A stretch of 64,000 nucleotides of DNA from Eledone cirrhosa (taxonomy: Eukaryota). A program made the translations under genes and the position numbers. The DNA is taken from the NCBI GenBank assembly GCA_964016885.1, contig OZ024748.1, positions 15,252,001 to 15,316,000 on the forward strand, in the 5' to 3' direction. The notes under the pieces were generated by a model. That model was not told where the DNA came from. It saw only the letters and a program-made list of their open reading frames with translations, and ran no database searches. How positions within the stretch are numbered: the first letter of the stretch is position 1; each line of letters starts with the position of its first letter. Positions 40,496-54,865 of this stretch are shown piece after piece.

Positions 40496-42679
40496 TGTGA
40501 GCTGGACATTTAATTTCAATGGCTTATTCAATTTCTTCTTATCTTTTTATAATAGAAGGCATATATAAGGGTAAATAATAGTTTAAACAACCAAAATGTC
40601 TTTAGATATTGAAAATGATTTCTTATAAAATCTGATAGGTTGCCAGTTCTTTAACTATTGATAATACACAATGCTTCTCATTAGTGGAAGATGATGGAAA
40701 TTTAATTCTATGTTAAACTGTTATTTTATTTTGAATTTTTATGTAATTTCTCAGTTTTACCCCAGTTTTTTTTGTTTAACAAATTGTAGAAAGTAAATGT
40801 ATAAAAGAAAATTTTCAAAAATATCCTTATGCTTTTTAGTTTATTATCTGACAAAATTATCAACATGTAAAATGCATGTTTCAAAACTTCGCGTGTTTTA
40901 CAGCTTGAAATTTAATAATCGTGTTTATGGCTTTTAGAATAATAAAGTAAGAAAACAGGGTATGTGGAAAGGGGGGAAATATATTTTCATATTTATCGCT
41001 GTCTTTTTTCTTCACTACCTTTTATTGATTTATATTCTGTGTAAATTTACACATAAATGGGAGAAAATCCTTAAACTGATATTACAAACAGCATAAAATC
41101 TCTATTTATGGTGAAGTACTCGATTATAAAAACTTATCCTATGACAGATCTCGGCCCTTATTTTTTATTTTTAAAAATATATTTCTTTAAAATCCTATAT
41201 TTCACTCCAGATTCTTCCTCTCCTTTATATTTTTATGTCTGACAATTAATGTCTTGGCCCTTTTCTTTTCTATTTTGTCAGAGATTTTGGTGATTTTTTC
41301 TCTCCTGCCCCACTTTCTGCCATTACATACTGGATAAGAAATATGTATTCCATATCATATTTAATAACAGCTTTTGACATTTTACCAGATTCAAATTAAT
41401 ACACCCATATCTATACTGCACTACAATTTAAAGAGCAAGATAATTGCCAATTGGTTGGAACAAAATATTTATACTGATTGAAAATGTCAGAAAAAAATGT
41501 CCCATTATTTTTTATGCTATCACTTGTTTGCTTCGATCTCCCCCTGTTAAATACTGACATTAAAATGACAACTAGATACTATCAAGACATAATACAAGTT
41601 ATCTTTGTTCGTTTATATACATATATACACACACATATATATATATATATTTATATACATAGATACACTATAGCTACACTACACATATATATATATATAT
41701 ATGCACACACATAAATGTATGTATATATAGATAATTTAAGGCATGTTCATGTTCTCCCTGCTAGCAAGGATTGCATATACACACATAACATACATCCATA
41801 CATGCCCACCTACCCACACACAACTTTATATTAGTTTTGTGCGTATATATATATATATATATACGTGTGTGTGTGTGTGCCAAGAAAACGTTCAAAATAT
41901 TCCACTATCTTTGATATCATGTGTAACACTATTAAGATAGTACATTAACAGTGCTTTATTTTAATGCTACACTGTAGAGCCAGCAGAATATATCTTATAG
42001 AGGTTTAGCCAACATTGCATGAACTCGACAGATGTAAACACTGTGTGTGCATGTGCGTGTGCGCGCACACACACACACACATATACAATATCTTTGTGGA
42101 CATGACATGCTAATAGTATTTTGTTTCACTGCTACATTGTACTACATAATATATCTTGTAGAATTTTAGCCTAAGTTGCATGCAACTCATAAATGTAAAT
42201 GCCTTTATATAGAGTGCCACTGAGAACAGAAAAAGGGATCGATTAGCTTAGATTCAATCTTGTCTTTGTAATATCATCAGAAACTGAGTACTGTTTCATT
42301 ACCATATTTCTAACGAATTACACAGCATTTCAATTAACTAGTGAAGAATTTCAAGTGATTTACTAAAGTTTTTTTTTTTATCTTTAATTACTAAGATAGT
42401 ATTTGTAACCTAACATAAATGGTTCTTTTATCAAATTACATCAGATTTTAATTTAAACAGGAACACTTTAAATCGGGTGGCTTTTATTTCACATCACCAG
42501 AGGCAGATTTGGGTGGATTGATATCCAAGGGGTTAATTGCCCATGGTAACACTACTTATAAACTCAACTACAGTTTAGATACATTTAATTTTCAATATAA
42601 CAATAGAAATACTGAAATAGATGAGTGTGTTGATACCTCTCAATAACTTTACAATATATATATTGTGCCACTTTAGAAT

Positions 42680-42940
42680 GAGGTCTACTGGATATTTACA
42701 GTTCACTACATGGTCTGTCAAGTCATTTATAGTTCAGTCTATATGGTCATTTACATTTCAGTGTATGGTCTACCTGATCATTTACTGATTAGCATGTGGT
42801 CAACATGGCCATGTACAGTTTAGTGTGAGGTCTACCTAGTCATTTACAGTTCAGTGTGTGGTTTACATAGCAATTTATAGTTCAGTGTGCAATCTACCAG
42901 GCCATTTACAATTCAACATACATTCTAGCTCAATTACAGA
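42680..42940. repeat. Minisatellite of about 31 bp, about 8 copies
   Basis: Unit approximately GGTCTACCTAGTCATTTACAGTTCAGTGTGT. Confidence 0.8.
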
Positions 42941-43023
42941 ATCTATCCCTAACCCAGTAGACAATTCAGATCATTATACAGAATAAACTATGGATATTGC
43001 AGTAGACTCTGTACAAAATACCA

Positions 43024-43063
<40 letters not shown>

Positions 43064-44389
43064 AGAGAGAGATATTGTCTTTTGTTATATTTTAAAGTTA
43101 TCAAGAACAATATATATTTATAACAGAAGATGACAATGCTTGTAAATTTACAATACTTACAAAATATATTTATTTCTAAGAATACATAAGCTAAAAATAT
43201 TTTTCTTTTTCACTTTACATCAGAATATTTTTCATAACATTTTTTTCCCCATAATTCAAATGTGACTGTAATGTCAATAGTGTAAAATTGCATTTTTACT
43301 TTTTTTTTATATTCTATTTCTTATTCAATAAAATATAAAATAGGAAGACAAAAATAGAAATAAAATTGTAATGTTTAAATATCTGATTTGTGGAATATAT
43401 AACAGTTAAACTAATGAATATAATAAATCTGATAAAATTAGAAGTCAATTTCATTTACAAATTCTGTTTTTGTTGCTTCCCAAGTGGACATCAAATTCTT
43501 TAACATTTATTTCTACAGCTGCCCTCTTTTCTATTATTGTCTGACATTATCAACAACAATAATCTCATTTCTATTTTTTAAATATTGGTAGAAAATGTAG
43601 TTAGACATAGCAGCCAAATCTCCTTCAAATCACAGCAGACACTCCATTGTGTCCTCAAAAAAAGACATACTAACATAGATAGACCAAGTTTAAAACAAAT
43701 GTCTGTTGAATCAGAGTTTAACAACCCTAGGGATAAACATAAAAATAGTATGCATATTTAACTCTTAATGTTGTGTATCACATGAAACTGTATTATTAAG
43801 ACACTCTTCAAAAATATGAAACAGCACTATGATGGGATAACATTAAAAATTCAAGTTTTTACTTTAATACTGCAAGTTTTCACAATGATCTCTCTACTAG
43901 TAAATATACTTTAAATATTTGAATTAACAAACCTGTTTTAATATATTCTACTAAATCATTACGGAATGTTAAAAACCAAAGTTAGAATTTTCTCCAAGAA
44001 ATCTTCATCAGAGTATGGTAAGGTATGAACACAACTCTTGAGGCAGAGGCCATCCCTTCTCCGGGACTGAATATAGCAGTTTTTTTTCCAGAGAAGAATA
44101 GAGAGCGAGAGAGAGGAAGTGAGAAAGAGATATATGGATGAAATTATTGTTGACATTGGCAAGATTTGAATTCAGAGAGCAGAGAGAACCAGAACGAATA
44201 CCACAAAGCATTCTATCCAAGGTTCTGCCAATTTTCACTGCCTTTTAATAATATAATATACAATGATTTGTCTTTAACAAATACACTGTAGATCAGATTT
44301 TGATCAAAATTTGAACCAGTAACTCTGCAGGATTTAAACTGAGATAGCAGAGGTTTGGAATGAATACTGCAAAGCATTCTAAAGACTGC

Positions 44390-44910
44390 TTCTTATTTGA
44401 GTTAAAGTTTGACTGAGTAATGAACTGACCACATATGGTAGCCATGTCAATACTATTGATTGATTGAATAATAGACTGGTCCTATATGGGGAAAACCATG
44501 GCAACATTATTGGTGGACTTAATAATGGATTGACCACAGGTGGTGGTGGGGGGGGGGGGGCATGTCAAGATTATTGTTTGACTGAATAATGGACTGGTCC
44601 CAGATGGAAGTCATATCAAGATTATTGCTTGACTGAGGAGTGGCTGACAATATAAGGAAGAACACCATGACCGCATATTGGTTGTCTGAATAATGGATTG
44701 GTCCTATATGGGGGGGGGGGGGGAACCATGGCAACATTATTGATTGACTGAAAAATGGACTGGTCCAGATGGGAGACATATCTAGATTATTATTTATTTC
44801 AGTAATGTACTTGTCACATATAGTAGTCATGTCAATATTATTGTTTAACTCAGTAATGGGCTGGTCAGAAAGGACAACCAGACCTGTATTATTGTGTGGC
44901 TGAATAATAC
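44390..44910. repeat. Minisatellite of about 53-60 bp, about 9 diverged copies
   Basis: Unit approximately TTGACTGAATAATGGACTGGTCCCATATGG…CATGTCAAGATTATTG, with a variable poly-G insert. Confidence 0.8.
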
Positions 44911-46249
44911 AAATGACTTTTAAAAAAGGGGGACAACATTCTTGCTTCATTTAACCCTAATATTATCATAAAGGTTACTGAGCAACAGGTTGGGTTAGTG
45001 ATGGGATAGCAGTGTTAGTTTATTTTGCCTTCATATGGTTTAAATAGTAAACCAGACGAAGAAAAAAAGAATATTGATAAGTTAATGTTTTGTAGAAGCT
45101 GATGAAAACCTAAATCATGATGAAGATATTCTATATAAAGTCCTTTACCTACAGCATTAAAATAAAAACTTCCAATGATAAACTCATATAACAACTCCAA
45201 TACCCAACCCATTTATTTTTTGGAAGGAGGTGGGATTAAATTAAGGTTAGAGAAGGAATGTTTTTTAAAAAATAACCAAAAAGCAAACGCATGAAGCTAT
45301 TTAGCTTTCTCCAACCACCACCCACACAACAAATGTCTAGCCATGTGCCTATGTTAGATTATTATTATTATTTTCTTACATTATCAGTTAAATTGATGGC
45401 TCTTCCTTGAGGTATATGTATCCTGCACTGACCTTTAATCTCCGGCTTCATATCTACTGACAGCGAGTGAATGTAAAAGCAGATAAACCAAAGGCAATGA
45501 AAACTTGTATTTTATTTCCTGTCATCTCACTGATTAACCTTTGTCCTCCTGTGTCCTCTCTTCACCTCCTACTTCTGCTTTAAATGGTATTTGACTGGGT
45601 TACAATAACCACTACATTTTACTTGCAAAATTTCCTTTAAGTGGAACACTTTAACCATTTTGTTACCATATTTATAATCAAATTCAGTCTGTAATATTCA
45701 AATAATTTTGAAAATGGTGAAGAAATTAAAGGGATTTAGTAAAATAAATAACTTTTAGGTTATTAAATTGATATTTGTAACAAGGGATTTTTGCATAAAG
45801 TTATGATGGGATTGTATGGTGGATAAAGTGTGCGGGCTGGTTATTTCAGCAATAAAAGTCTCTAATTTAGGCACGAGGTCAGCAAATTTTAGGGAGTAGG
45901 GAATATTGATGTTATCAATCCTAGTACTTGACCGGTATTTCATTTTATCAGCCTCAGTACTTTAAAATAAATAGTTTTTCTTATAGAACCAGGGATAGTT
46001 TCAGATGGTTTTGTATCAAAACGGTTAAATAATATTTGGCTGTGAATATACTGTTTATAAGAAATATTAAATCTTAGTTCAGACGTTGCTATAGCAGGAA
46101 TATTTTAACATATTCATTTATTCACTTCCATTTAATCTGCTTTCAGTCCAGGTCAGGTGTTGCACTGTTAGCAAATTTGATATTTATTTGCAAGTACAGA
46201 AAATAAAGGGCATCATTTAACCCTTTAAATCCTGATCCACTGTTGCTAG

Positions 46250-46520
46250 GATTGATAAAATAAAATACCAGTCCTCTACTGAGGTTGATAAAATACAATA
46301 CCAGTTAAGTAGTGGGGATTGATAAAATGAAGTGCCAATCCAGTACTGGAGTTGATAAGGTAAAGTACCAGTAAAGTGCTGAGATTGATAAAATACAGTA
46401 CCAATCAAATATTGGGGTTGATATAATAAAGTACTAGTTAAGTACTGGGATTAATAAAATACAGTACCAGTCCAATACTCAGGATTAAAAAATACAGAAC
46501 CAGTCAAATACTGGAGTTAT
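46250..46520 (+). repeat. Minisatellite of about 32 bp amplified from the SINE A core, about 8 copies
   Basis: Unit GATTGATAAAATAAAGTACCAGTNAAGTACTGG, followed by the SINE tail GCTGACCTTGTGCCTAAATTAGA. Confidence 0.8.
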
Positions 46521-46884
46521 ATAATCATTATTCCTCACTCCCTAAAATTTGCTGACCTTGTGCCTAAATTAGAGGCTATTATTGCTGAAATAACTACCAC
46601 ACACACTTTACCCACCACACCACACACATTTTATCAACCAGGTGCCAATCCCATCACTATAAACACCACTAACACTATTTATTTTTCTAGTTAAAACTTA
46701 GAGTATGGCTTTTAAACTCATATTTCTATCATCGGCACAGTTATTCCTAGTTGTGCTTTTCCTCAGTTATCAGCTCTAGTGCCAACCAAATGCCATAATT
46801 CATTGTTATTGGCAGCTTTAGGTCATTCCCCAAGCACTTATCGGATACATTCTTGCTGAGGTGATTATTTTCTAAAGGAAGCAC

Positions 46885-47292
46885 AGCTACACACACTCAC
46901 ACACACACACACTCATGTATATGCGCACGCATACACAAACGTACATGAAACCCACACACACAAATGTACACACACACACGTACATGCACAAAGCAACACC
47001 CATGCACCCAACTATCAATGCTCAATGACACACACACTCACACATATACAAACACATTTACACTGCAACACACACCCATACAGCTACACATACAAAGACA
47101 CATACACTGCAACACACCCACCCACACACACTCACAGCTACACATATACAAACACATCCACACTATAACACGCACACATAGAAACACACACTACAACACC
47201 CACCCACGCACAGCTACACATATACAAACACATCGACACTGTAACACTCACACATAAAAACACACACCAACACACACATCCACACACATATA
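46885..47292. repeat. Degenerate CA-rich tract
   Basis: CA repeats with a recurring CAGCTACACATA unit. Confidence 0.8.
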
Positions 47293-47718
47293 TCATGCAC
47301 TTTAAGCACCTTTAGTAATGAGCTGAGAAGCCATTAGCACCTCCTGACGAAAAGCTGCTAGGTTAAAATCAGCTGAAATGAGGAAAAATCGAGCAGAATA
47401 ACAGATTAATAGCTTACTTACGTGCTAATCTTGGAATGAGGCTTTTCTAAGACATAGAATAGTACACAAATAAAGCTTATTATTAACAGACACTATCATT
47501 ATAGAAGTGCCAATTGATAGATTATTCCTCACTGTTAACTGTTCTTGTCAGCTTGCAAGTTAACATAGCAGTTTATAATAGTCAAAATTTACTTTAGGTT
47601 CAACTCACATACAAACAATAGATGGAATTTCAAAGCTTAATAAGATATGAAAAATATAATAAATAAAGACCAGAAATAAGTTTAGCCCTTTCAGTGCCTT
47701 ATCTAGTATGTGTGCGTA

Positions 47719-47757
<39 letters not shown>

Positions 47758-49215
47758 ATGCCAGCAAAAGGCTCTGAAATGGTGTCTCTGAAAGAAAATT
47801 GGATTTGATTTTCAAAATCTGCCTCTCAAGAAAAGGTTTTGGGGCAAATGGAGTTTCTTAATTCAGAAAAGAATAAAAGAGAGTAAGTTAGTTGATCCAA
47901 TAACGTCCATCTAGAAGCGAAACTAAGAACTCTGGGAGGCAAATTAGTGACACTCACATCAATTAACTCACCAAGGTCAGTTACTTTTCAAACAATAAAG
48001 TCCATTGTGATGAAATAATTCTTTGTAGCAAATTACCTAAACTGGTGGCCATCTCACTCAAGGGAAATTACAATCAATTTTTTCAATTAATTACAAAAAC
48101 TATTAATATTTCAAATATTAACATCAATTTCTGTTGATCACAAAAGCAGAACAATGTAAACATAATACAATTATGATGTAACTTTCATATCATAACTGAA
48201 GTCGAAGATTGCTCTGACTGACTATCTGTCTCTCTCTCCTATTGCCTTTCATTATTCTATTACATTTCATCAGAATTCTGTATATATTTTGATTCATAAC
48301 TTTTTACTGCAGCCAACAGATTTTCCTCCTTTTTTTTTTTACTTTTAGTCGGGGAGGGAAGGGCAATGGCCAAGACCTTTCTAAGGGTCTTTGGGACTGG
48401 TGGAAGGCTAAGATGGTATCCTCACACCAAAGACTTGAAGTTAAATGTTTGCAATTTGTAACTCATAGAACTTTGCTGAAAGCACCCAACTGTTAAATGG
48501 GTGATGGATTGCGTCTATCACATCTAAACCACTCAATGTACGGTTTGAACTAATAACCAGATAGTCAACAGACCATCCTTCTTAACCAGATAAGCATTGC
48601 ACCTCTTAGGTTTACAACTTATATGATGCAGTGATGCTTATGATATTTAGTTCACTGAACCATGAATGAACCAATAATCGTTGTCTGACATCAGTTATAT
48701 TGAAATAGGGACAATTTCCGTGCCTTTCCTTACTAATAGTTAGAAATTGATGGTTTATTTCACGAGTAGTTGAATAAAATTATACAAAAAGATGATATTA
48801 AGAGAAAAACTTGTACATTTTTCATTGAAAAAGCTGCAAAAATCTTTGTGGGAATCTGAGTATTATTAATTTAATTTGTACATCTAGGAGAGAGACTGTC
48901 AGCAATGTTCATCCACTATAATAAATCACTCAACGAGTTGTTGACAGACAGTTGACAAAATTATAGAGAGAAGAAAGAAATTTCTTATTTTCTTAAGCAG
49001 CCAGATTGAAGTAAATTTCAAGAACTATATTTATATCAGTTGAAAGTGATGAACTATTAGCATGCTTCTCTAGAGATACAGAGTAGGAAAGGTAGAGAGA
49101 TAAATACAAACTAATACATATAGACAAGCAATCATATACATAAGCAAGCATATAGACAAGAAATCATAGATATAGACAAGAAATCATACATATAACCAAC
49201 CAATCATACATTGCA

Positions 49216-49260
<45 letters not shown>

Positions 49261-50985
49261 AAAAAAGCAATGGTATACACACACTTAAACATTGTGTCTT
49301 AAAGTTCTAGATATATTTCATAAATCAAAAACAGCAAAAGAGTTTATAACATGAATAAAGTTTATGCACTTGGATTCTTTGATCGGTTTTAGTCATTGTT
49401 CTACAGTCAGACTTAGACACATAATTGAAGAGTTTTAGTAGGTTGTATCAACCCCAGTGCATATTTCAATCAGTGTTACTTCAAACACATTGAGTTCTTT
49501 TTTTTTATGAAACCTAGACAGAATATATACTCATTATTTATAACTTCACTCTCATTGGAAATTGAATATACTGTATAGACTGCATATACCTATGCATAAG
49601 TTAAATGTTTTTTTAATATACAGCAATTTTTATTATCGTATACCAAATATTTAAGATTAAATAGAAGTACATACATATAATAAATTAATTAACGCTAATC
49701 AAAGAAAAGAAAATCCCTCTCCCCCTGCCAAAAGAAAATCAATTTAACACTGTCCAATCGATCCCACTCTTACCTGTCTTATCTACAGTATGTGTCTTCT
49801 GTGCAAAACTTTACATGTGAGTTAAATACTGTACGAGGAATGTTCTATGTAAAATTAAGGTTGTGACTTATCTACTAGTGTGACTTATACACAAATACAT
49901 ATGGTATTTAGGATTTACTCATACCAGCATAGAAGATGGATGTAAAATGATGATGATAATGGTGGTGCTATAACGATGAAGATGATGATATGGTTACATT
50001 CCAACATGCTAACAGCAGATACAGTAGAGTAACTTAATGATAAAGCTACTCAAAATGAAATGTTTAAATGTGTGTGAAGTTGGTGGTGGTGGTGGTGATG
50101 TTCTCAATACAGGGTATTGGCACAGAGAGAGAAATAGTAGAGGGAAAACTGAAAAGGTATATTAAAACAGGCAAATACTTTTGCGTATTCTTTATAGTGA
50201 TTATCTGAAGCAGAATGTGTAGTTATTATACAATGATATAGAGCAGTTTTTGAAAAAAGATGTATTAGAAAAGATAATGATATTTTGTATTCTTGTGACT
50301 ATGTTTTGCACACTTTCAGTTTAGCTAGAAAACTTTGATATAAGATTTATATTCATACACATGGAAACATTGATGCACTTTGAAAAACTAATCGGATAGT
50401 TCACGCATCGGTATAACAACAACAGCATGCATAAAAGGAAAACATATTTGTTGGCAATAAATATATAACCACTGTACTGACTAGAATAGATTCTGTCTGG
50501 CAGACAGACAAACAGGGAAGATTCTATAGCCATATTTATTTGGAGAAGGAAATAATGGATATAGTAACAAAGACTTCTCTGTTGTAAAATCAAAGGAGCT
50601 ATATAGTTCTTTAAATAGATTTTCTTTGAAAGTTTCTAACAATTCACAAAATAATGCAAATAACCAATCAGGAAGAAAATATGCTTATTTCAAAATGCAT
50701 TCCATCATTTTACAAATTAAATAATCCAGAAAAATGATAGACTTGTGCTGTAAAGTAAAGCAGATGAGAAAAGGAAATAAAATATTACAGCCAAAAAGCT
50801 ATTTCGTGTGAATGGGTTTTTGTTCTTTTTGAGAGAATAGATGTATTTCAGAACTATGTCTTTCTTTCCTATTTACCTTATCTCAGTAACATTGAGTTTT
50901 CTTTGTCAAAAGACCATAGCATATTTAGCTAAATGTATGACTATAAGAATTATAAAAAACAAAAAGAAATACATATTTCATTTCA

Positions 50986-51026
<41 letters not shown>

Positions 51027-51216
51027 GTTTTTCGAAATATTTACTTCTGCATCTACAGAATGATTTTTCTCAGTTTCAGATAATCCCACAAAAGGGTGAA
51101 AGCAATGATTCTTTGCTTAAACTTTAATCTGTACTTATAATAAATATTTACTCTACGAGGTTATATATATAATCCTTATCGAGCCCTATTCGGATTTTAG
51201 TCTTCACATTTATTAC

Positions 51217-51271
<55 letters not shown>

Positions 51272-52430
51272 TAGTTTGTTTCTTCTATTTCGGGGGGGGG
51301 GGGTTCTGCACACATGAATATTTACTTGGATGTTCTGGGTTAAAAACACTTTCCTGGTTTTGTTATCCCAGAGAAAACTTTAGAAATGAAATGGTACCAT
51401 CAATGATCTGTAATCAGATGGGCAATAAAAATATCCAGGTTCTATATGAAATTCGCATAACCCTAATGAAAATATTGCTATGGAATGCATTTTGAAATAA
51501 GCATATTTTCTTCTTGATGGATTATTTGCTGTTTATTTTCAAGTGTTTATATTTATTTAAAAGCCTTCCATCATAATTTTATGTAAGAACCTTTGTTATA
51601 TTCCAAATACCAGCTTAATAAGGAAGAGGTTAGTTATATTACTAAATCTCTCTAAATTCTTTTCTTTTTCAAGATTATTTGAAAATTATAGGCAGTGTGA
51701 GAAATATAATTTAAAAAAAATTACTATTTCATTTCTCATCAAATTTCTTTAACACTTAACATATGTTGTTCTTTGGCAAAAATATTTAGAAAAAAAAGCT
51801 TGTTAATTCAAATGTGTATAGTATCTTTACTAGTAGACAGATAGTTATTAAAATTTACTGTAAACTACAGCAAAGACTTCATTTTTTAGTGTGATGTAGT
51901 CGTAGTCCTGATTTATAATTTTCAGGAATGTTTTGATAATGAGGTTTCATGTGGTACAGGATATTAAGAGTTAATCTTTGACTGCAAAACTAATCCTTAC
52001 AGCTATATAAATCTATAATATAGGATTTATTATCAATTGATGTTGTGATTTGTTTAATCATTATTCTAATCTATATTTATTAATGCATTGAGTTTGGAAA
52101 ACTATGTTAAGTCCAAAGATATCAAAAAATTACTTTTTTAAAAGGGTTGCATATTTTCAAGATTTTGTTCCAATAATAGTGAATGACTGATTTATTAGTA
52201 CAATTATACTTCAAATCTGAATTATGCTCTGGTATTAAACTAATACATTGAAGACAAAGATCGTAAACAAAAGGACAGATTTTGGTTTTGAACAAATTTA
52301 CTGTATTTTTCATTGGTGCTCTAAGACAACAGAAGAGATTTTGTAAATAATCTTTTGCTGGATGACTGTAAATGCTGGATGACTATAAATGGATTTTCTG
52401 TTTAATGTCATCCTTTAGTAGCACATAAAA

Positions 52431-52440
<10 letters not shown>

Positions 52441-52505
<65 letters not shown>
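52441..52505. repeat. (GA)n microsatellite
   Basis: Pure GA run. Confidence 0.97.
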
Positions 52506-52511
<6 letters not shown>

Positions 52512-54449
52512 GTCTCCAGAAAAAATTCTTTCTTACACAGGTTAACAATTGTAGTAGGGAAAAACAAGACTGCATTATGAATAGATTCAAGCAAAAGTTT
52601 GTAAATTGTGAACATTGCCCAAGGCCAATAAATGTGTATCCCATGGTAGGTATTATGATGAAGATACTTAATTCTACTTACTACAGAGATAACATAGTGC
52701 CAATGATATTGCTATGTTCTCCTCTTGATAATGTCTGGTAATGATGGCATATACGTGCAAACCTTTGATTTATGATTCATCAATGCAAGAAATAAAGTGC
52801 GTTTATATCTCATTGGTTTGTTTGTGAAGCATTGAGAAAATTTGAAAATATATTTGCTGCCAACAATGCAAATGAACTATAAATAATAGTCAAGTTGAGT
52901 AAAGTACTCCTGGAAATGGAAACGTGGACAGAACTACATGCCAGTATCGAACCATACGTCTGTTGGATACCAAATAACCATGTTTAACCATAACACCAGA
53001 GTGCCGCTGACCACCAAATCCCCTCAATTTAGAAGCTTTAATTTTTATGTTAGAAATGTAGATTACATAAATTTGTTGAGGAAACATTGGGCAAATTTGA
53101 AAATATGTATAATTTTTTGAAAAAGTCACCACAGTTCAGATAAACTATAAATAGTTGAATAAGTCAGGTAAAGTAACATTGGAAACATAAAAAAATAAAC
53201 AGAACCACCAGCAGGAAAGGAACTACACATCATCTATATACAGTAATTCACCTGCACCATGGCAGATTTTCATAAAGCAAATATATTTCATGTTTATTCA
53301 TGTATTTACAGGAATATATAAATGTGCATACTTTGAAATCAATGACTAAACTTTTTTGAAATGTGATAAAGAAATATATTGGAACAGCATAATTGGAAAT
53401 TGTACCAGTTATATCTATGTATATAAAATATATCATGATATACATCAATGGTTTCCTCAAACAAAACATGTTTCTTATAAACCTTTCCAATAATTTCTTT
53501 ATGAAGAACAATATTAACAGAGGGATATGAGAAAGGCTATGCACACATATATATATATTGTTGAGAAAATTGTAAACAATGAGATCAAAATCACTGGATA
53601 TCGATCTAAACCCTAATTATTGTTATTATTATTATATATACACACACATACATATACGCACACAAACACATATATACATATACACACATATATAAACATA
53701 CACACACACAGACATATTAGATAATATTTGAATAAAACAAAACATTTACTAAAGCAGCCTGAAGAAGATTGTGGTTTAAAAAAATTATAGTTATTCAGAA
53801 ACCTACAAAAGTGACTGAGGTTAATATGATTAAAATAATGTGCAGTTTTTTTCCCCTTCTACTTACATATATTTTTTTTTATTTCAGTTGTGCGTATAGT
53901 ATATATATTTTTTTAATTTCAGTTGTGCAATGTGTGTTTTTTTATTTTTAAAAAGACTTTTTCAAAAAAAAAATTTTAAATATATATCTCTGAGATATAA
54001 GAATCAAAAAGAAGCAGAGCAACTAATCCTATCAAACGTAAAAGATTATTATTAATCCCAAGAATGTTAAACTATATTTATCACTATGTTCTGTGGACTG
54101 ACATATTTATTGCTACAGAGGAATATTTCCTTATCTACCTCACTGTTGCTTGTTTCGAAAGAGAATTATGCAAAATAAATACACTTTGCTTTAAAACTTC
54201 AAATGTTCCTTTTTCTTTGAAATCTATTATAATTCCTCTTTGCTTATTTTATCAGTCTTTTCATATTAAAACAAAGGAGGAGAAAAGAACATATGGAAAT
54301 TACTCTCAGTTCAAATATTTTATTTCTAAGAGTTATCAATATTTTTTCAGTTTATAAGTTGTAGATTTTTTTTACCACCAAAAGGTCTCCCCGCATGCTA
54401 TAAACTGAAAGGATGAACATAATTATAAAATTGCACAAGTTAGTATTAG

Positions 54450-54597
54450 CAGGGCTGTCTTAACGTATGGGCACGCTGGGCTGTTGCCTGGGAGCCCATG
54501 CTAATCTATGTATGTAGCGACTTGCTGTCAATTGATAAATACTATACTATACAGTAAGATCTGCCCGGGGGCCTATAATGCTGTTAAGACGTACCAG
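54450..54597. mobile_element. hAT-type MITE (148 bp) with an 8-bp TSD
   Basis: Imperfect TIRs CAGGGCTGTCTTAAC…GTTAAGACGTACCAG, with AGTATTAG duplicated at 54442-54449 and 54598-54605. Confidence 0.85.
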
Positions 54598-54704
54598 AGT
54601 ATTAGGAAGGGCATTCCTCATCAATCCTTTTTGACAGTACTTGATCATAGTAACTGTTATAAATACATAACTTGTATTATTACTATTATTATTACTGGAA
54701 GTCA

Positions 54705-54865
54705 GTCGATTGGCAGTATCGGTTCAAATCCTGATAAGGTTAGCTTTGCCTTTCATACTTACGAGGTCAATAAAATAAAGCACCAGTTACACATTGGAGT
54801 CAATTTAATCGACTTTCCCCACTCACCAAATTGTTGGCCTTGTGCCTAAATCAAAAACTATTATT
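54705..54865 (+). mobile_element. SINE family A with an internal deletion
   Basis: GATTGGCAGTATCGGTTCAAATCC…GCCTTTCAT…TGGCCTTGTGCC. Confidence 0.75.

Noticed and set aside
44390-44910. CRISPR-like array (also 31673-31865, 42680-42940 and 46250-46520)
   Set aside because: Units are diverged along their whole length with no unique spacers, there are no cas genes, and the context is eukaryotic. These are ordinary minisatellites.
49765-49810. Possible 25-nt microexon ending CAG|GTAAGA on minus
   Set aside because: The acceptor has a very weak pyrimidine tract and there is no other support.
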